64,000 nt of DNA from an uncultured delta proteobacterium (GTDB lineage: Bacteria > Myxococcota_A > UBA9160 > UBA4427). The position numbers and the translations under genes are program-made. Positions 39,435 to 51,668 of the stretch are shown here, piece after piece (position 1 is the stretch's first letter; the number at the start of each line of letters is the position of its first letter). The stretch spans positions 384,001 to 448,000 of the forward strand of contig CAWGJT010000014.1 of assembly GCA_963822965.1 (NCBI GenBank). The letters run 5' to 3'. The notes under the pieces were generated by a model. It was not told where the DNA came from. It did not search any database and saw only the letters and a list, made by a program, of their open reading frames with translations.

Positions 39435-40913
39435 TCAGGGCCGACCGACGGACAGCTTGCCGCGGCCGTCGATGCGTCCCTTCCTGCCGCAGAACTCCTC
39501 GCGCATCATGGCCTCCAGCAGCGCGGGCTCCCGGGTCGTCGCCCAGGTCCGCCTTCCGTCTTGCGTCAGGCACGCCGCATGGGCGAGATGTGGCTCACCC
39601 TTCCGGTGGGCCACCGTGTACGCCTCGAGGCCCACGGGGCCCTGCCAGTCGACCAGGGCCTCGCGGCGAGGGAATGCGTCGGCCTGCTGCTGCAGGCTCT
39701 CCCAGCGGAATCCTTCCGCCGGCGGCTCCGTCGAGTAGATCCCGAAGGCGTGCTTGGCGAGCCAGCCGCCGTTGCCGTGCACCAGCCCCATCGAGCCCCG
39801 CTTCTCCCGCACGACTTCCGTCATGCGCGCCACCGCGTGCAGCGTGTAGCTGTTGAGCGGGCCGCCCCCGAACGTGAGTCCCCCCGTGACGGTGAGCGGC
39901 CGGCCTTCGGGAACGCCGAGCTCCGCCGCCGCGACCTGCACCGCGGAGGGAAAGCAGCTGTAGAGATCCAGGTGGTCGATCCGATCCAGGGTCCTTCCCG
40001 CGAGCTCGAGGACGCGCGCGCCCGCGATGCGCACCGCGGGCGAGCGGTGCAGCTCGTAGCGGGTGGACAGGAACTCGCTGTCGTTCGCCTCCGTGGCCGC
40101 CTGCGGGAAGACGAGCTTCTCTGCCGGCACGCCGGCGCGGCGTGCGGCGCCCTGCGAGCAGACGATGACCGCGGCCGCCATGTCCACCCGGGCGTTGGCG
40201 TTCAGGAGCCGCGTGTAGGGGTACGAGATCATCGGGTTGTCGGGCGAAGCCCGGCCGATCTCCTCGGCCGAGCAGGGCCGGCGGATCCACGCGTGGGGAT
40301 TGTCGCAGGCCACCGCGTTGAAGCCCGCCCACAGCGCCGCGATCCGTCGAGCGTGTGCGTCGAGAGGCTCCCCCCTGGCGAAGCGGATCGCGCTCTCGAT
40401 CACGGCGAAGACGTCGCTCGCGCTGTTCATCCCGCGCGCGAGCTCGGCTTCGTGGAAGATCGCCTTGTCCTCGGCGATCCGCCGATCCGGGCTGCCGGGC
40501 ACCTCGCTCTCCCGCAGCTCGATGCCCTGCCGCTGGGCCTGTCCCTGGCTGCGGCCGTTCTCGGCTCCGACGACGAGGGCGACGTCGAGACGGCCTGCCT
40601 GGACCTCGCGTGCGGCGTCGATCACACAGGCGTGGGCGAAGTTGCCGCCGTACGGGGTGCCCACGGTCTCTCGGGGCGCCGCACCGAGCCGACGTCCGAT
40701 CTCGCGGCCGGGATCGCCGTAGCGCCACGCGCCGCGGACCACGTAGATCGAATCCGCCCGCTGCAGCAGCCCCGGCGCGCCGGCGTCCTCCCCCGCCTGT
40801 TGCAGCGCGGTGACCATCATCTCGAGGGGCTCGGCCGCCGTCCGGGGATCGTCCTCCCGCTGCAGCCACTGGCCGACGCCGGCGATGACGGGTGCGGACT
40901 CCTCGGTTCCCAT
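39435..40913 (-). CDS. Thiolase-like acetyl-CoA acetyltransferase family protein
   Basis: PVIAGVGQ; YGGN; NPMISYPYT; VDMAAAVIV; DLYSCFPSAV; LTVTGGLTFGGGPLNSY; GNGGWLAKHA. Confidence 0.88.
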   Translation of the reverse strand: MGTEESAPVIAGVGQWLQREDDPRTAAEPLEMMVTALQQAGEDAGAPGLLQRADSIYVVRGAWRYGDPGREIGRRLGAAPRETVGTPYGGNFAHACVIDAAREVQAGRLDVALVVGAENGRSQGQAQRQGIELRESEVPGSPDRRIAEDKAIFHEAELARGMNSASDVFAVIESAIRFARGEPLDAHARRIAALWAGFNAVACDNPHAWIRRPCSAEEIGRASPDNPMISYPYTRLLNANARVDMAAAVIVCSQGAARRAGVPAEKLVFPQAATEANDSEFLSTRYELHRSPAVRIAGARVLELAGRTLDRIDHLDLYSCFPSAVQVAAAELGVPEGRPLTVTGGLTFGGGPLNSYTLHAVARMTEVVREKRGSMGLVHGNGGWLAKHAFGIYSTEPPAEGFRWESLQQQADAFPRREALVDWQGPVGLEAYTVAHRKGEPHLAHAACLTQDGRRTWATTREPALLEAMMREEFCGRKGRIDGRGKLSVGRP

Positions 40914-41088
40914 GGTCTTTCCTCGGTCTTCCCTCACGCGGAGCCCCTGGCGTTCCCCGGTACGGATGGGCACGCGGGCGAGCCCCCGCCGCGATCGACA
41001 GGCAACCCCTGGAACGGAACAGTAGTTTCGCTGGACTCGCTGCGCGATGGGCGACTACTCTCGACCCCCACGCCTTCCGGGGAGACGC

Positions 41089-42578
41089 ATGACCACAGAG
41101 CTCGCAGCGACCGCCGCAACCTCGAAGGGCCGCGACCTCCGCGTCGTCATCATCGGTGCCGGCATGTCCGGGATCCTCGAGCGCGATCAAGCTCGAGGCG
41201 GCCGGCCTCGAGAACTTCGTGATCTACGAGAAGGCCGACCGCCTCGGCGGAACCTGGCGCGAGAACACCTACCCGGGCATCGCCTGCGACGTGCCCTCGC
41301 ACTTCTACAGCTACTCCTTCGAGCCGAACCCCGAGTGGAGCCATCGCTTCTCGCCGGGGCCCGAGATCCAGGCCTACTTCGAGGACGTCGCCCGCCGCTA
41401 CGGGGTGGACTCGCGCATCCGCTTCGGCCAGGAGGTGACGCGCTGCGCGTTCGAGGGCGGTCGCTGGCGGATCGAGACTGTCCGACGGATCCACGGACGA
41501 GGCCGACTTCGTCATCGCCGCGACGGGGGTCCTGCACCACCCCCGCCATCCCGACATCGAGGGCCTGGACGTCTTCGAGGGGGCCTGCTTCCACAGCGCG
41601 CGCTGGGACCACGGGGTGGCGCTCGCCGGCAAGCGCGTCGGCGTGATCGGAACCGGCTCGAGCGCGATCCAGATCGTGTCGGCCCTCGTCGACCAGGTCG
41701 CCGAGCTCACGATGTTCCAGCGCACCGCCCAGTGGATCACGCCCGTCGAGAACCCGCCGTACAGCGGGGAGGAGAAGGCCGAGTTCCGCAGGCGGCCCGA
41801 GGCGATGCGGGAGATCCGGGAGCAGATCTCCCGGGCGTTCACCGACGGCTTCGCCAACGTTCTCGTCGACGAGAAGTCTCCCCTGCTGAAGGCGATCCAC
41901 GACCTGTGCGTGTCGAATCTCGAGAAGAGCGTCGCGGACCCGGAGCTGCGGGAGAAGCTCCGCCCCAGCTACCGGGCGGCCTGCAAGCGCTTGATCATGT
42001 CCGAGAACTTCTACGAAGCCATCCAGCGGCCCAACGCGAAGCTGGTGACGGAGCCCATCGAGCGGGTCGAGAAATCCGGCGTGCGGACCCGGGACGGGCG
42101 GCTCCACGAGCTCGACGTGCTGGTGCTGGCCACGGGCTTCCAGGTCGATCGCTTCGTGCGGCCCATGGAGGTGATCGGGCGGGACGGCGCGGTCCTGGAC
42201 GCCGTGTGGCAGGACGGGCCGTTCGCCTACATGGCGCTCTCGGTCCCCGACTTCCCCAACTTCTTCATGCTGAACGGCCCGAACTCCCCCGTTGGGAACT
42301 TCTCCCTGATCGACGTTGCGGAGCTGCAGCTCGAGTACGTCCTGCAGCTGGTGGAGCGCGTTCGAACCGGTGCCTGCTCCGAGATCTGCGCGTCGCGGGC
42401 CGCGATGCAGCGCTTCGACGCCGAACGCAAGCAGGCGGCGCAGACGACCATCTGGAACACCGGCTGCAAGAGCTGGTATCTGGACGGCGACGGCCTGCCG
42501 ACCGCTTGGCCGTTCACCTTCGACCGCTTTCGTGAGGAGATGAGCGCCCCGCGGCTCGAAGACTACGAGATGCGCTGA
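41089..42578 (+). CDS. Flavin-containing (Baeyer-Villiger-type) monooxygenase; frameshifts at ~41179 and ~41480
   Basis: IIGAGMSG; GGTWRENTYPG..CDVPSH.Y; FEGACFHSARW fingerprint; GTGSSAIQ; ATGF, spread across three frames. Confidence 0.88.
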
Positions 42579-42591
42579 AGAGGAGCCCCTG

Positions 42592-43389
42592 TTGAATCCC
42601 GAACACTGCCTGGTCGAACGCGAAGGCCACGTGCTGACCGTCACCCTGAATCGCCCGGAGGCGAAGAACGCCCTCTCCAGCGGGATGCTGGCGGGCATGT
42701 ACCGGGCCTGGCGCCTGCTCGACGACGATCCCGAGCTGCGCGTCGCCATCCTGACCGGTCGCGGCGACGTCTTCTGCGCCGGCGCCGACCTGAAGGCGAT
42801 GGGAGGCGGCGAGCGGGACGAGGAGTTCCAGAAGCTGATGGCCGAGGTGCCGGACCTGCACTGGCAGGCGCTGCTTCGCCACAACCGGCCGATGAAGCCC
42901 ATCATCGCGGCGGTCGAGGGCTTCGCGGTGGCGGGCGGTACCGAGATCCTGCAGGGCACCGACATCCGGGTGGCCGCCGTGGACGCGACCTTCGGCGTCA
43001 CGGAGGCGAAGCGCGGGCTCTTTCCGCTGGGCGGCAGCAGCGTGCGCCTGCGCCGCCAGATCCCCTACACGCTGGCGGCCGAGATCCTGCTGACGGCACG
43101 CCACGTCACCGCGCAGGAGGCCCTCGATTTCGGTCTCATCGGCCGCGTGGTACCGAGGGGCCACGCGCTGGCCGAGGCGAAGGAGATCGCAGCGGTGATC
43201 TGCGAGAACGCGCCGCTCTCGATCCGCGCGCTGATGCGCATGCTGCGCGAGATCGACGAGAGCTACAGCGAGGCCGACGCCCTGGCGAAGGAGCTGGAGA
43301 TCGGCGGCCCCGTCTTCGCGACCCGGGACGCCCGGGAAGGCCCGCGCGCCTTCGCGGAGAAGCGCAAGCCCGTCTACACCGGCGAGTAG
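42592..43389 (+). CDS. Enoyl-CoA hydratase / crotonase family protein
   Basis: [48 protein letters not shown]. Confidence 0.93.
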   Translation: MNPEHCLVEREGHVLTVTLNRPEAKNALSSGMLAGMYRAWRLLDDDPELRVAILTGRGDVFCAGADLKAMGGGERDEEFQKLMAEVPDLHWQALLRHNRPMKPIIAAVEGFAVAGGTEILQGTDIRVAAVDATFGVTEAKRGLFPLGGSSVRLRRQIPYTLAAEILLTARHVTAQEALDFGLIGRVVPRGHALAEAKEIAAVICENAPLSIRALMRMLREIDESYSEADALAKELEIGGPVFATRDAREGPRAFAEKRKPVYTGE

Positions 43390-43490
43390 TGGGGGCGGTC
43401 CGCGGCCGGGAGCGAGTCGCCGCGGCGGGCTCCGCGACGCCCTGCGGAGACGGCGCGAAACCGTGGGCACGAGGGGGCATCACAGGCTTC

Positions 43491-44204
43491 GTGCGACGAA
43501 TCCTGCCGGTCCTGGTGCTTGCCTCGAGCCTCGGCTCGCTTGCCGTTCGGGGTGACGAGGTGGCCTCCGCGACCGCTTCCGCCGCCTCCGCGACCGCCGC
43601 CTCCGCCTCCGCGACCGCCGCCTCCGCCTCCGCGACCGCCGCCCATGCCACCTTCGCCGGCGGCTGCTTCTGGTGCATGCAGCCCCCCTTCGAGAACCTT
43701 CCCGGCGTCGTGGACACGACCGTCGGGTACACGGGAGGCTCGCTGGCCCACCCGACCTACGAGCAGGTCTCCGCCGGCGGAACCGGGCATGCCGAGGCGA
43801 TCGACGTCGTCTACGACCCGAAGCAGATCCGCTACGAGCAGCTTCTCGACGTCTTCTGGCACGACATCGACCCCCTCACCCGGGACGCGCAGTTCTGCGA
43901 CCACGGGCGGCAGTATCGCACCGCCATCTTCTATCACGACGAGACCCAGCGCCGCCTGGCCGAGGCGTCGAAGCGGGCGCTCGAGCAGTCGGGTCGGCTG
44001 CCGGGGCCGATCGTGACCGAGATCGTGCCAGCCGGGCCGTTCTGGCCGGCGGAGGAGTACCACCAGCGCTATCACGAGAAGAATCCGGTCCGCTACCGAT
44101 ACTACCGCTGGAGCTGCGGCCGGGACCGCCGCCTGCAGGAGATCTGGGGCGCGGACGCTCCCGCCGGGTCGGACCCCCCGGCCGAGCCCTCGCGAGCGCC
44201 CTGA
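43491..44204 (+). CDS. msrA: Peptide-methionine (S)-S-oxide reductase with signal peptide
   Basis: [42 protein letters not shown]. Confidence 0.93.
   Translation: MRRILPVLVLASSLGSLAVRGDEVASATASAASATAASASATAASASATAAHATFAGGCFWCMQPPFENLPGVVDTTVGYTGGSLAHPTYEQVSAGGTGHAEAIDVVYDPKQIRYEQLLDVFWHDIDPLTRDAQFCDHGRQYRTAIFYHDETQRRLAEASKRALEQSGRLPGPIVTEIVPAGPFWPAEEYHQRYHEKNPVRYRYYRWSCGRDRRLQEIWGADAPAGSDPPAEPSRAP
43563..43640 (+). repeat. In-frame ~21-bp tandem repeat encoding an ASATAAS linker in MsrA
   Basis: gcctccgcgaccgccgcctcc repeated 3-4 times. Confidence 0.75.
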
Positions 44205-44270
44205 AGCCGTGACGCCGCGATGGATGCGCGTCGCGCTGAAGATCCTCGCCGTCGCGCCGATAGAAGGCGC

Positions 44271-44678
44271 ATGCACGCATTCTTCTTCCTGGCGCGGCGC
44301 GAGGATGCCCTGGGCGTCACCTCGAGCCACGACCTGTCCTGCGAGCCCGCGACCGAAGCGCTGCGCGTCGAGGAGCCGTCTCCGCTGGCCGGTCTCGGCC
44401 ACGTGCTCGAGGTGAGGACGGGCCCCCGTCCCCTCTGCGACGCGACCTGCCGGTCGTTTCCCGTCTGGGACCTGGGCCGGGATCTCACCCGGAAGATCGG
44501 CGGGCTCGACGACGCCGAGATCGACGACGCGGCGGAGCGGTGGCAGAAGCACGACGAGACGAGCCTGGACGCCGACCTCTACGAGCTCGTCACCTGCCTC
44601 GGCGACCTGCGGGATGCCGTTCGGGCCGCCGAGGAAGGCGAGCGCCTCTTCGTCCTCCTCGAGGAGCGGGGCTGGTAG
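44271..44678 (+). CDS. Hypothetical protein
   Basis: ATG at 44271; protein-like composition and GC-rich third positions; no motif recognised. Confidence 0.55.
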   Translation: MHAFFFLARREDALGVTSSHDLSCEPATEALRVEEPSPLAGLGHVLEVRTGPRPLCDATCRSFPVWDLGRDLTRKIGGLDDAEIDDAAERWQKHDETSLDADLYELVTCLGDLRDAVRAAEEGERLFVLLEERGW

Positions 44679-44694
44679 CACGCGCCCGGACGGA

Positions 44695-46504
44695 TCAGGG
44701 CCAGCTCCGATGCGCGGCTCGCGCGGCGGCTTCGCCGTGGGCGAGGGCGGTCGCGTTGCGGAGCGCCACCGCCATGATCGTGAGCGTCGGATTGAAGGCG
44801 CCCGAGGTGGGGAAGACCGATCCGTCGCAGACCACGACGTTCGGGGCGTCGTGCATGCGGCCGAAGGGGTCCACGACCGATTGGTCCGGGTCGTTGCCCA
44901 TGCGCAGGGTGCCCGACTGGTGCCGCGTGTTGACGGCCACCTCCGAGCGGACGAGACCGACGCCCGCCGGGTAGAAGAACGCGTGGTCGGCGCCCGTCGC
45001 CCGGCAGATCCTGCGCAGGCGCAGCCCCCAGTACATCGACGCCAGCCGCTCGTGGCGGTGCAGCGAATAGGTGACCCGCGCCACGGGCAGGCCGTAGACG
45101 TCGCGCACGTCGGGGTCGAGGTCCACGCGGTTGCCGAGCTGGGGCAGGTCCTCCCCCAGCATCTGCATGCCCAGCAGGCGGTCGCGCAGGGGCGAGGATG
45201 CGCATCAGATCCTTGTGGTTGGCGCGGCGCAGGAAGGGGATCTCGTCGTAGGTGTTCGCCTCGTCCAGCAGGTTGGGGGATCCGCCCACCTCCACGACGC
45301 CGCCCCGCAGCCAGGGCACGCCGGACCAGCCCGCCCAGTCACGCGTGGGGACGCAGGGTTCGAGCATGAAGTGGCTGGCGGCACGGCCGCGGTGGGGATG
45401 CAGGCGCTGGGGCATGACCGCGGCCGCGAAGGTGGAGGCGTGGAAGCACAGGGTGCGGCCCACCCGGCCGCTGCGGTTTCCGAGACCGCGCGGGTGGCGA
45501 GCACCGGTGGACAGCAGCGCCAGGCGTGCGCTCTCCACGGCCGAGGCGGCCAGGACGACGTGGTCGGCGTCGATGGCCGCGGGCTCCAGCTGGTCTCCCG
45601 CCAGGTACTCCACCCGGGCGGCGCGTCCAGACGCATCCGTGACGATCCGTGTCACCATGGCGCGGGTCACCAGCCGCGCGCCCGCCCGCATCGCCCGGTG
45701 CAGGAAGGTGACGGCCGCACCCGCCCGCGCGTTGATGGGGCAGCCGTAGCGCGAGCAGTAGCCGCAGTTGTGGCAGACCGGCCGGTCGTCGTAGACGCGC
45801 GAGTTGATCGCCTCCGGGGCGGGATGCACCTCGTAGCCGAGGCGCGCCGCGGCCTCCCGGAAGACGAGCGCCGAGTACATGGGCGGGTTGGGGGGCAGCG
45901 GATAGGGTCCGCGGGGCGCCTCGGCCCGGGCGAAGGCGGGCGTCGCCTCGAGGTCGCCCGCCACCCCGAGCAGCTGCTCGCAGCGCTCGTACCACGGGGC
46001 GAGCTCTTCGTAGCCGAACGGCCAGTCCACGACGTCGGCGTCGTCCACCGGGCCCAGGCGGGAGCGCAGCGCGAAGTCGAGCCGGAAGAACCGGGGCGTC
46101 TTGGCGTCCCAGTGGGTGGTGCCGCCGCCCACGGTCGCGGGCAGCAGGTTGACGTCGCCCGTGAAGCTTCGCGCGACGCCCTCGAGCTCCTGTTCCCGGC
46201 TGCGCAGGGTGCGTGGCTCGGCGAAGGCGTCCATCCCCGGCCACCCGCGCGCCTCGCGGATCTCGTCGCCGCCGAACTCGGGCAGCCCGAGGCCGCTCGC
46301 ACTGCCGAGACCGCGGAAGTGGTTGCGCCCCTTCTCGAGCACCGTGACCTCGAAGCCGGCCTCGGCCAGCACCCAGGCCGCCGTGGCGCCGCCGGCTCCC
46401 GAGCCGATCACCACGACGTGACCGCTAGCGGAGGGAGCCCGCTCGGCTCCCGTTGCGGCGGAGCCGCGACCCGGGACTTCGTCGTGGGTGGCGCCCCTAG
46501 GCAT
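44695..46504 (-). CDS. GMC family oxidoreductase flavoprotein; frameshift at ~45199
   Basis: VVIGSGAGG; VGGGTTHW; DWPFGYEEL; CHNCGYC.RYGC; EDLPQLGNRVDLD; HQSGTLRMG; DGSVFPTSGAFNPTLTI. Confidence 0.9.
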
Positions 46505-47318
46505 CGCCCGGCTCCTCGACGGGAAGCCCCAGCACCTCGCGGGCGCGCGCGCGGGCCCGGGCCACCGCTTCCGCCTGGTCCGGGTCGGGGCTCGCGATCT
46601 CGGCGCGGGCCCAGGCGCGCGGCTGATGGTCACCGGGCCAACGGGTGTACGCCCAGCCCACGCGCTCGCGGTTGCCACCGTACTCCGGCGCTCCGTACAT
46701 CCCCTGCAGCGTGTGGCGGAAGGCCAGCTCGAGAAATGCGTCGTCGGGCCCGCCCGGGAGCCAACCCAGTGCGAGGCTGCGGCCCGTGTATCCGAGCTCC
46801 GCGAAGGGCGCGCGCAGCCAGCGCCGGGCCGAGGCGTCCAGCGCATCGAGCCCCGAGACGTAGATCGCCTGCCAGCCGCGTACCGGTCCGTTCCACTCGC
46901 GTTCGGGCAGGCCGCGGCTTCCCTCGATGCGCGTCCGCCACACCCGCTCCTCGAGGGCGTCGAGACGGATCCAGTTCCGGAAGTAGTCGGGACCGCCGCC
47001 GTCGCGGTTGCTGAAGGGTCCGCCGGCGAAGATGTGCGGCTGCTCCAGCAGGAAGGCGCCCAGGAGCAGGTCGATGTAGTCCGCCACGCCCGCCTCGGCG
47101 GCGCCCGGGTCCGGGTCGTCCGGCGGGCCGGGAATCCAGTGGGCGCACAGCGCCCGCAGGACTCGCAGGCGCGGGGAGGAGAGGAACACCCCGGCGCCCT
47201 CGGGCCGGGCGGCGCGGTCGTCGAGGATCTTCGCGAGCGCCGTGCCGGGCATCCCGGCCAGCAGCGCGAAGTCGCCGGTGAGTCGCAGGAACGCTCGGCG
47301 GTTGAGCGGCGGCGTCAC
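46497..47318 (-). CDS. Gluconate 2-dehydrogenase subunit 3-like protein with Tat signal
   Basis: LNRRAFL Tat motif; IPG..D.PGA.EAGV..YID; TLQGMYGAPEYGGN; overlaps the GMC gene start. Confidence 0.85.
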   Translation of the reverse strand: MTPPLNRRAFLRLTGDFALLAGMPGTALAKILDDRAARPEGAGVFLSSPRLRVLRALCAHWIPGPPDDPDPGAAEAGVADYIDLLLGAFLLEQPHIFAGGPFSNRDGGGPDYFRNWIRLDALEERVWRTRIEGSRGLPEREWNGPVRGWQAIYVSGLDALDASARRWLRAPFAELGYTGRSLALGWLPGGPDDAFLELAFRHTLQGMYGAPEYGGNRERVGWAYTRWPGDHQPRAWARAEIASPDPDQAEAVARARARAREVLGLPVEEPGDA

Positions 47319-47431
47319 CCGTCCAGTCTATGCCAGGGCGCGGCAGGAGAGCGACGCAAGGGCGCTTGACGCGGGCGGGGGACTTCCGCCAGCATCCGAA
47401 CTAGGCTTCGCCCCCCCGCCGGAGCGCAGCC

Positions 47432-48499
47432 ATGGCCTGGATCCGCAACCGCCCCACCGGTCTCGTGTATCGAGACGCCGACCAGGCGTACGACGGCTAC
47501 GCCCTCGTGCCCCAGGGAGATCGGGTCCTGCTCGTCGACGGGGCGGGGGAGACGGTCCACCGCTGGCCCGCGCCGGCCGGGCTGTCGTACGCGAGGCTCC
47601 TCTCCGACGGCTCCCTGCTGGGTCTCGTGGGCGGTGATCCCAAGGCGCCGCCGAAGATCGCCAACGGCGAGATCTTCGGGATCGTGGAGATCGACCCCGA
47701 CGGCGCGGTCGTCTGGAAGTACGACGGCGACCTGCTCCACCACGACGTATGGCGACTGGACGACGGGAGCTACCACGCGCTGGGCTTCGAGCCCCTCTCC
47801 CGCGAGCTGAGCCAGGCCATCCGCGGCGGCTGTCCCCACGAAGACGATCCGGAACGTATCTGGGGCGACACCATCGAGCACATCGGTCGAGACGGCAGCC
47901 GGGAGACGGTGTGGCGCGCGGCGGACCACCTGGACCCCGAGACGCAGATCCTGTGTCCGCTCGACCCGCGGAAGGAGTGGACCCACGGCAACTCGATCCG
48001 GGTCATGCGCGACGGGAGCTGGCTCGTGAGCTTCCGGATGACGAGCACCGTGGCCAAGCTCGATCGGCAGAGCGGCGCGGTGCTCTGGTCCTGGGGCCCC
48101 GGGATGACCTCGCACCAGCACGACGCCCGGGAGCTCGAGAACGGGCACATCCTGCTCTTCGACAACGGCGTCCATCGCGCGCGGGCGCCCGGCTTCGCGC
48201 GGGTGGTCGAGGTGGATCCCGGAACCGACGAGATCGTGTGGCAGTACGTGGATCGGACCATCCTCGCCTTCCAGTCCTTCATGGCGGGGGGTGCCCAGCG
48301 TCTTCCGAACGGCAACACGTTCATCACCGAGGCGGCGACGGGGCGGCTCTTCCAGGTGACCCCCGGCGGCGAGACCGTCTGGGAGTGGGTGAACCCGCAC
48401 CTGGCGGACACCGTCTTCGGCCCGACCCCGGTCGTGTTCCGGTCCCACTGGTACGGCCGGGGTGATCCCCGTCTGCCGGCGGCGGTGCGGGGCGCGTAG
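47432..48499 (+). CDS. Arylsulfotransferase (ASST)-like beta-propeller protein
   Basis: HHD; EWTHGNS; SHQHDA; ILLFDNG; GGAQRLPNGNTFITE. Confidence 0.85.
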   Translation: MAWIRNRPTGLVYRDADQAYDGYALVPQGDRVLLVDGAGETVHRWPAPAGLSYARLLSDGSLLGLVGGDPKAPPKIANGEIFGIVEIDPDGAVVWKYDGDLLHHDVWRLDDGSYHALGFEPLSRELSQAIRGGCPHEDDPERIWGDTIEHIGRDGSRETVWRAADHLDPETQILCPLDPRKEWTHGNSIRVMRDGSWLVSFRMTSTVAKLDRQSGAVLWSWGPGMTSHQHDARELENGHILLFDNGVHRARAPGFARVVEVDPGTDEIVWQYVDRTILAFQSFMAGGAQRLPNGNTFITEAATGRLFQVTPGGETVWEWVNPHLADTVFGPTPVVFRSHWYGRGDPRLPAAVRGA

Positions 48500-48547
48500 G
48501 CCGCCGTCGCGATCGCCCCGGGTCGAAGCCCGGTGCTCGGGTGGCGC

Positions 48548-49468
48548 TCAGGACCCGGCGGCTGGGCGCCGCAGCCGCCCGAGCAGCCAGGCGTGCACCG
48601 GGACGAGGTCGAAGAAGACCAGGAAGACGATCGGGATCATCAGGAACATCACGCCGAGCAGCACGAAGTTCGCGACGTGGAAGCCCGCCACCACCAGCAG
48701 GAAGACGAGCCGCCAGCGCCAGTCGCGAATGAGCAGGATGAGGGGGAAGCCGGCTTCCATTGCGAACGTGAACCATCCGAGCACGTCGAGGAGCAGCGGC
48801 GAGCGCGCCAGCCCCAAGGCCAGGGGATCGACGGCGAGATGCCCCAGCTCCACGCCGCGCAGGGTCGCGCGCTCGTACAGGATCTCCTGGATCTTGGCGC
48901 CGCCTTCGAACCAGGCGAAGCCCGACATGCGCAGCTTCGCGATCACCGCCCAGAAGTAGAAGCTCGCGACGTAGAGCTGCATGGTCTTGATCGGCCAGCT
49001 CGCCTCCCACTCCGCCAGCGGGGCAGGCTTCCGCCTGCGGGCGTCCACGGAGTGGACGTCGCCGCAGCGGGACACGAGCAGCAGGAAGAGCATGTGCACG
49101 GGCATCAGGTATCGGTGGTGGACGTCTCCGGCGAAGCTGTCACGCACCCCCTTCAGGTAGAAGATGCAGAGGATCACGGCGAGGATGGCGCTGTAGGTGA
49201 AGCGCCCGAAGATCATGGCCAACGTCGCCACCAGCAGGAGCACGAAGACGATGGGGGTCAGCAGCGGGACGTGATCGTGGATGCCGAGGAGCTCGAAGTA
49301 CCAGATGGGTCTCGTGAAGCGGAACGAGACCCCGAACGGATCGAGCGCGAAGACGAGATCGGCAAACTGCGAGACGTGGAAGGCCAGCAGCCCGCATCCG
49401 AAGTAGATGCGCAGCAGGCCCAGGCTCTCGGCCTGGAAGCCCCGGTAGACGAAATCAGCTGCCTTCAC
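48548..49468 (-). CDS. HTTM-like polytopic membrane protein
   Basis: LGLLRI; HH; SRCG..SVDA; WPI..MQL..YFWA..AKL..SG..W; E.GFP; FH. Confidence 0.72.
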   Translation of the reverse strand: MKAADFVYRGFQAESLGLLRIYFGCGLLAFHVSQFADLVFALDPFGVSFRFTRPIWYFELLGIHDHVPLLTPIVFVLLLVATLAMIFGRFTYSAILAVILCIFYLKGVRDSFAGDVHHRYLMPVHMLFLLLVSRCGDVHSVDARRRKPAPLAEWEASWPIKTMQLYVASFYFWAVIAKLRMSGFAWFEGGAKIQEILYERATLRGVELGHLAVDPLALGLARSPLLLDVLGWFTFAMEAGFPLILLIRDWRWRLVFLLVVAGFHVANFVLLGVMFLMIPIVFLVFFDLVPVHAWLLGRLRRPAAGS

Positions 49469-49961
49469 GCTTCCAGCGCTCGTCGTATTCGGTGCGCCAC
49501 TCGTGCTCGGAGCGGCGGAGGACGCGTTTCTCCACCTCCAGGTCCGACTTGCGCGCCCACCAGAACTCGGCCTCCGATTCCACCTTCACGATGAAGTCCG
49601 GATCGCCGGGAGAACGCCCGAGGGTGCGATTCAGGCTGCGCAGCACCCGGTAGGGCCACTGGTCCGCGGGATTCTGTCCGAAGAGCCGCTGCCGGTAGAG
49701 GCGGCGGAAGTGACGCTTCGCGATGTTCAGGTCGGCCCGGGTCACGTAGGCCACCGTGCCGTCTTGCTGGGTGACGCGGAAGCCGCGCTTCGTGGCCTCC
49801 CGGTCTGCGCCCCGTACCTCGATCCGGTCGCTGGGCCGGTACCGGCTGTACATGGGCACCCAGCTGAGCGGGAAGCGGTCGATCTGGAAGACGACGGCGC
49901 TCCACGTCACGATCCAGTAGATCGTGAGCCCCCATCCCACCGTCCGGCGGCGGAGCTTCAC
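49455..49961 (-). CDS. Single-TM hypothetical protein overlapping the HTTM gene start
   Basis: N-terminal TM; FPLSWVPMYS; stop overlaps the HTTM gene start. Confidence 0.65.
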   Translation of the reverse strand: MKLRRRTVGWGLTIYWIVTWSAVVFQIDRFPLSWVPMYSRYRPSDRIEVRGADREATKRGFRVTQQDGTVAYVTRADLNIAKRHFRRLYRQRLFGQNPADQWPYRVLRSLNRTLGRSPGDPDFIVKVESEAEFWWARKSDLEVEKRVLRRSEHEWRTEYDERWKREGS

Positions 49962-50153
49962 CGGGTCATCCGGCGGCGCGGGCGAAGGCGGGAAACGCCG
50001 GCACCGCCGGGGGGAGGGTGTGGTCCGTCGGTCTCTGGGGCCCGGGAAGCGCGGTCACGGCGGCAGCATACTCCGGGGCGCCTTTCTCGCCACGGCTCGC
50101 GGGTGCCGGCGGGAGAGCTTGCGGAGCGAGCACACGGCCACCATGATCCCGAG

Positions 50154-51581
<1,428 letters not shown>

Positions 51582-51668
51582 CCCGATCCCGCTTCTTCCC
51601 CGTTCCGGGCGGCCGATCGATCGGATCGGGATTGCCCGCATCCGCCCCCGAACCTCGCCGGAACCCGA

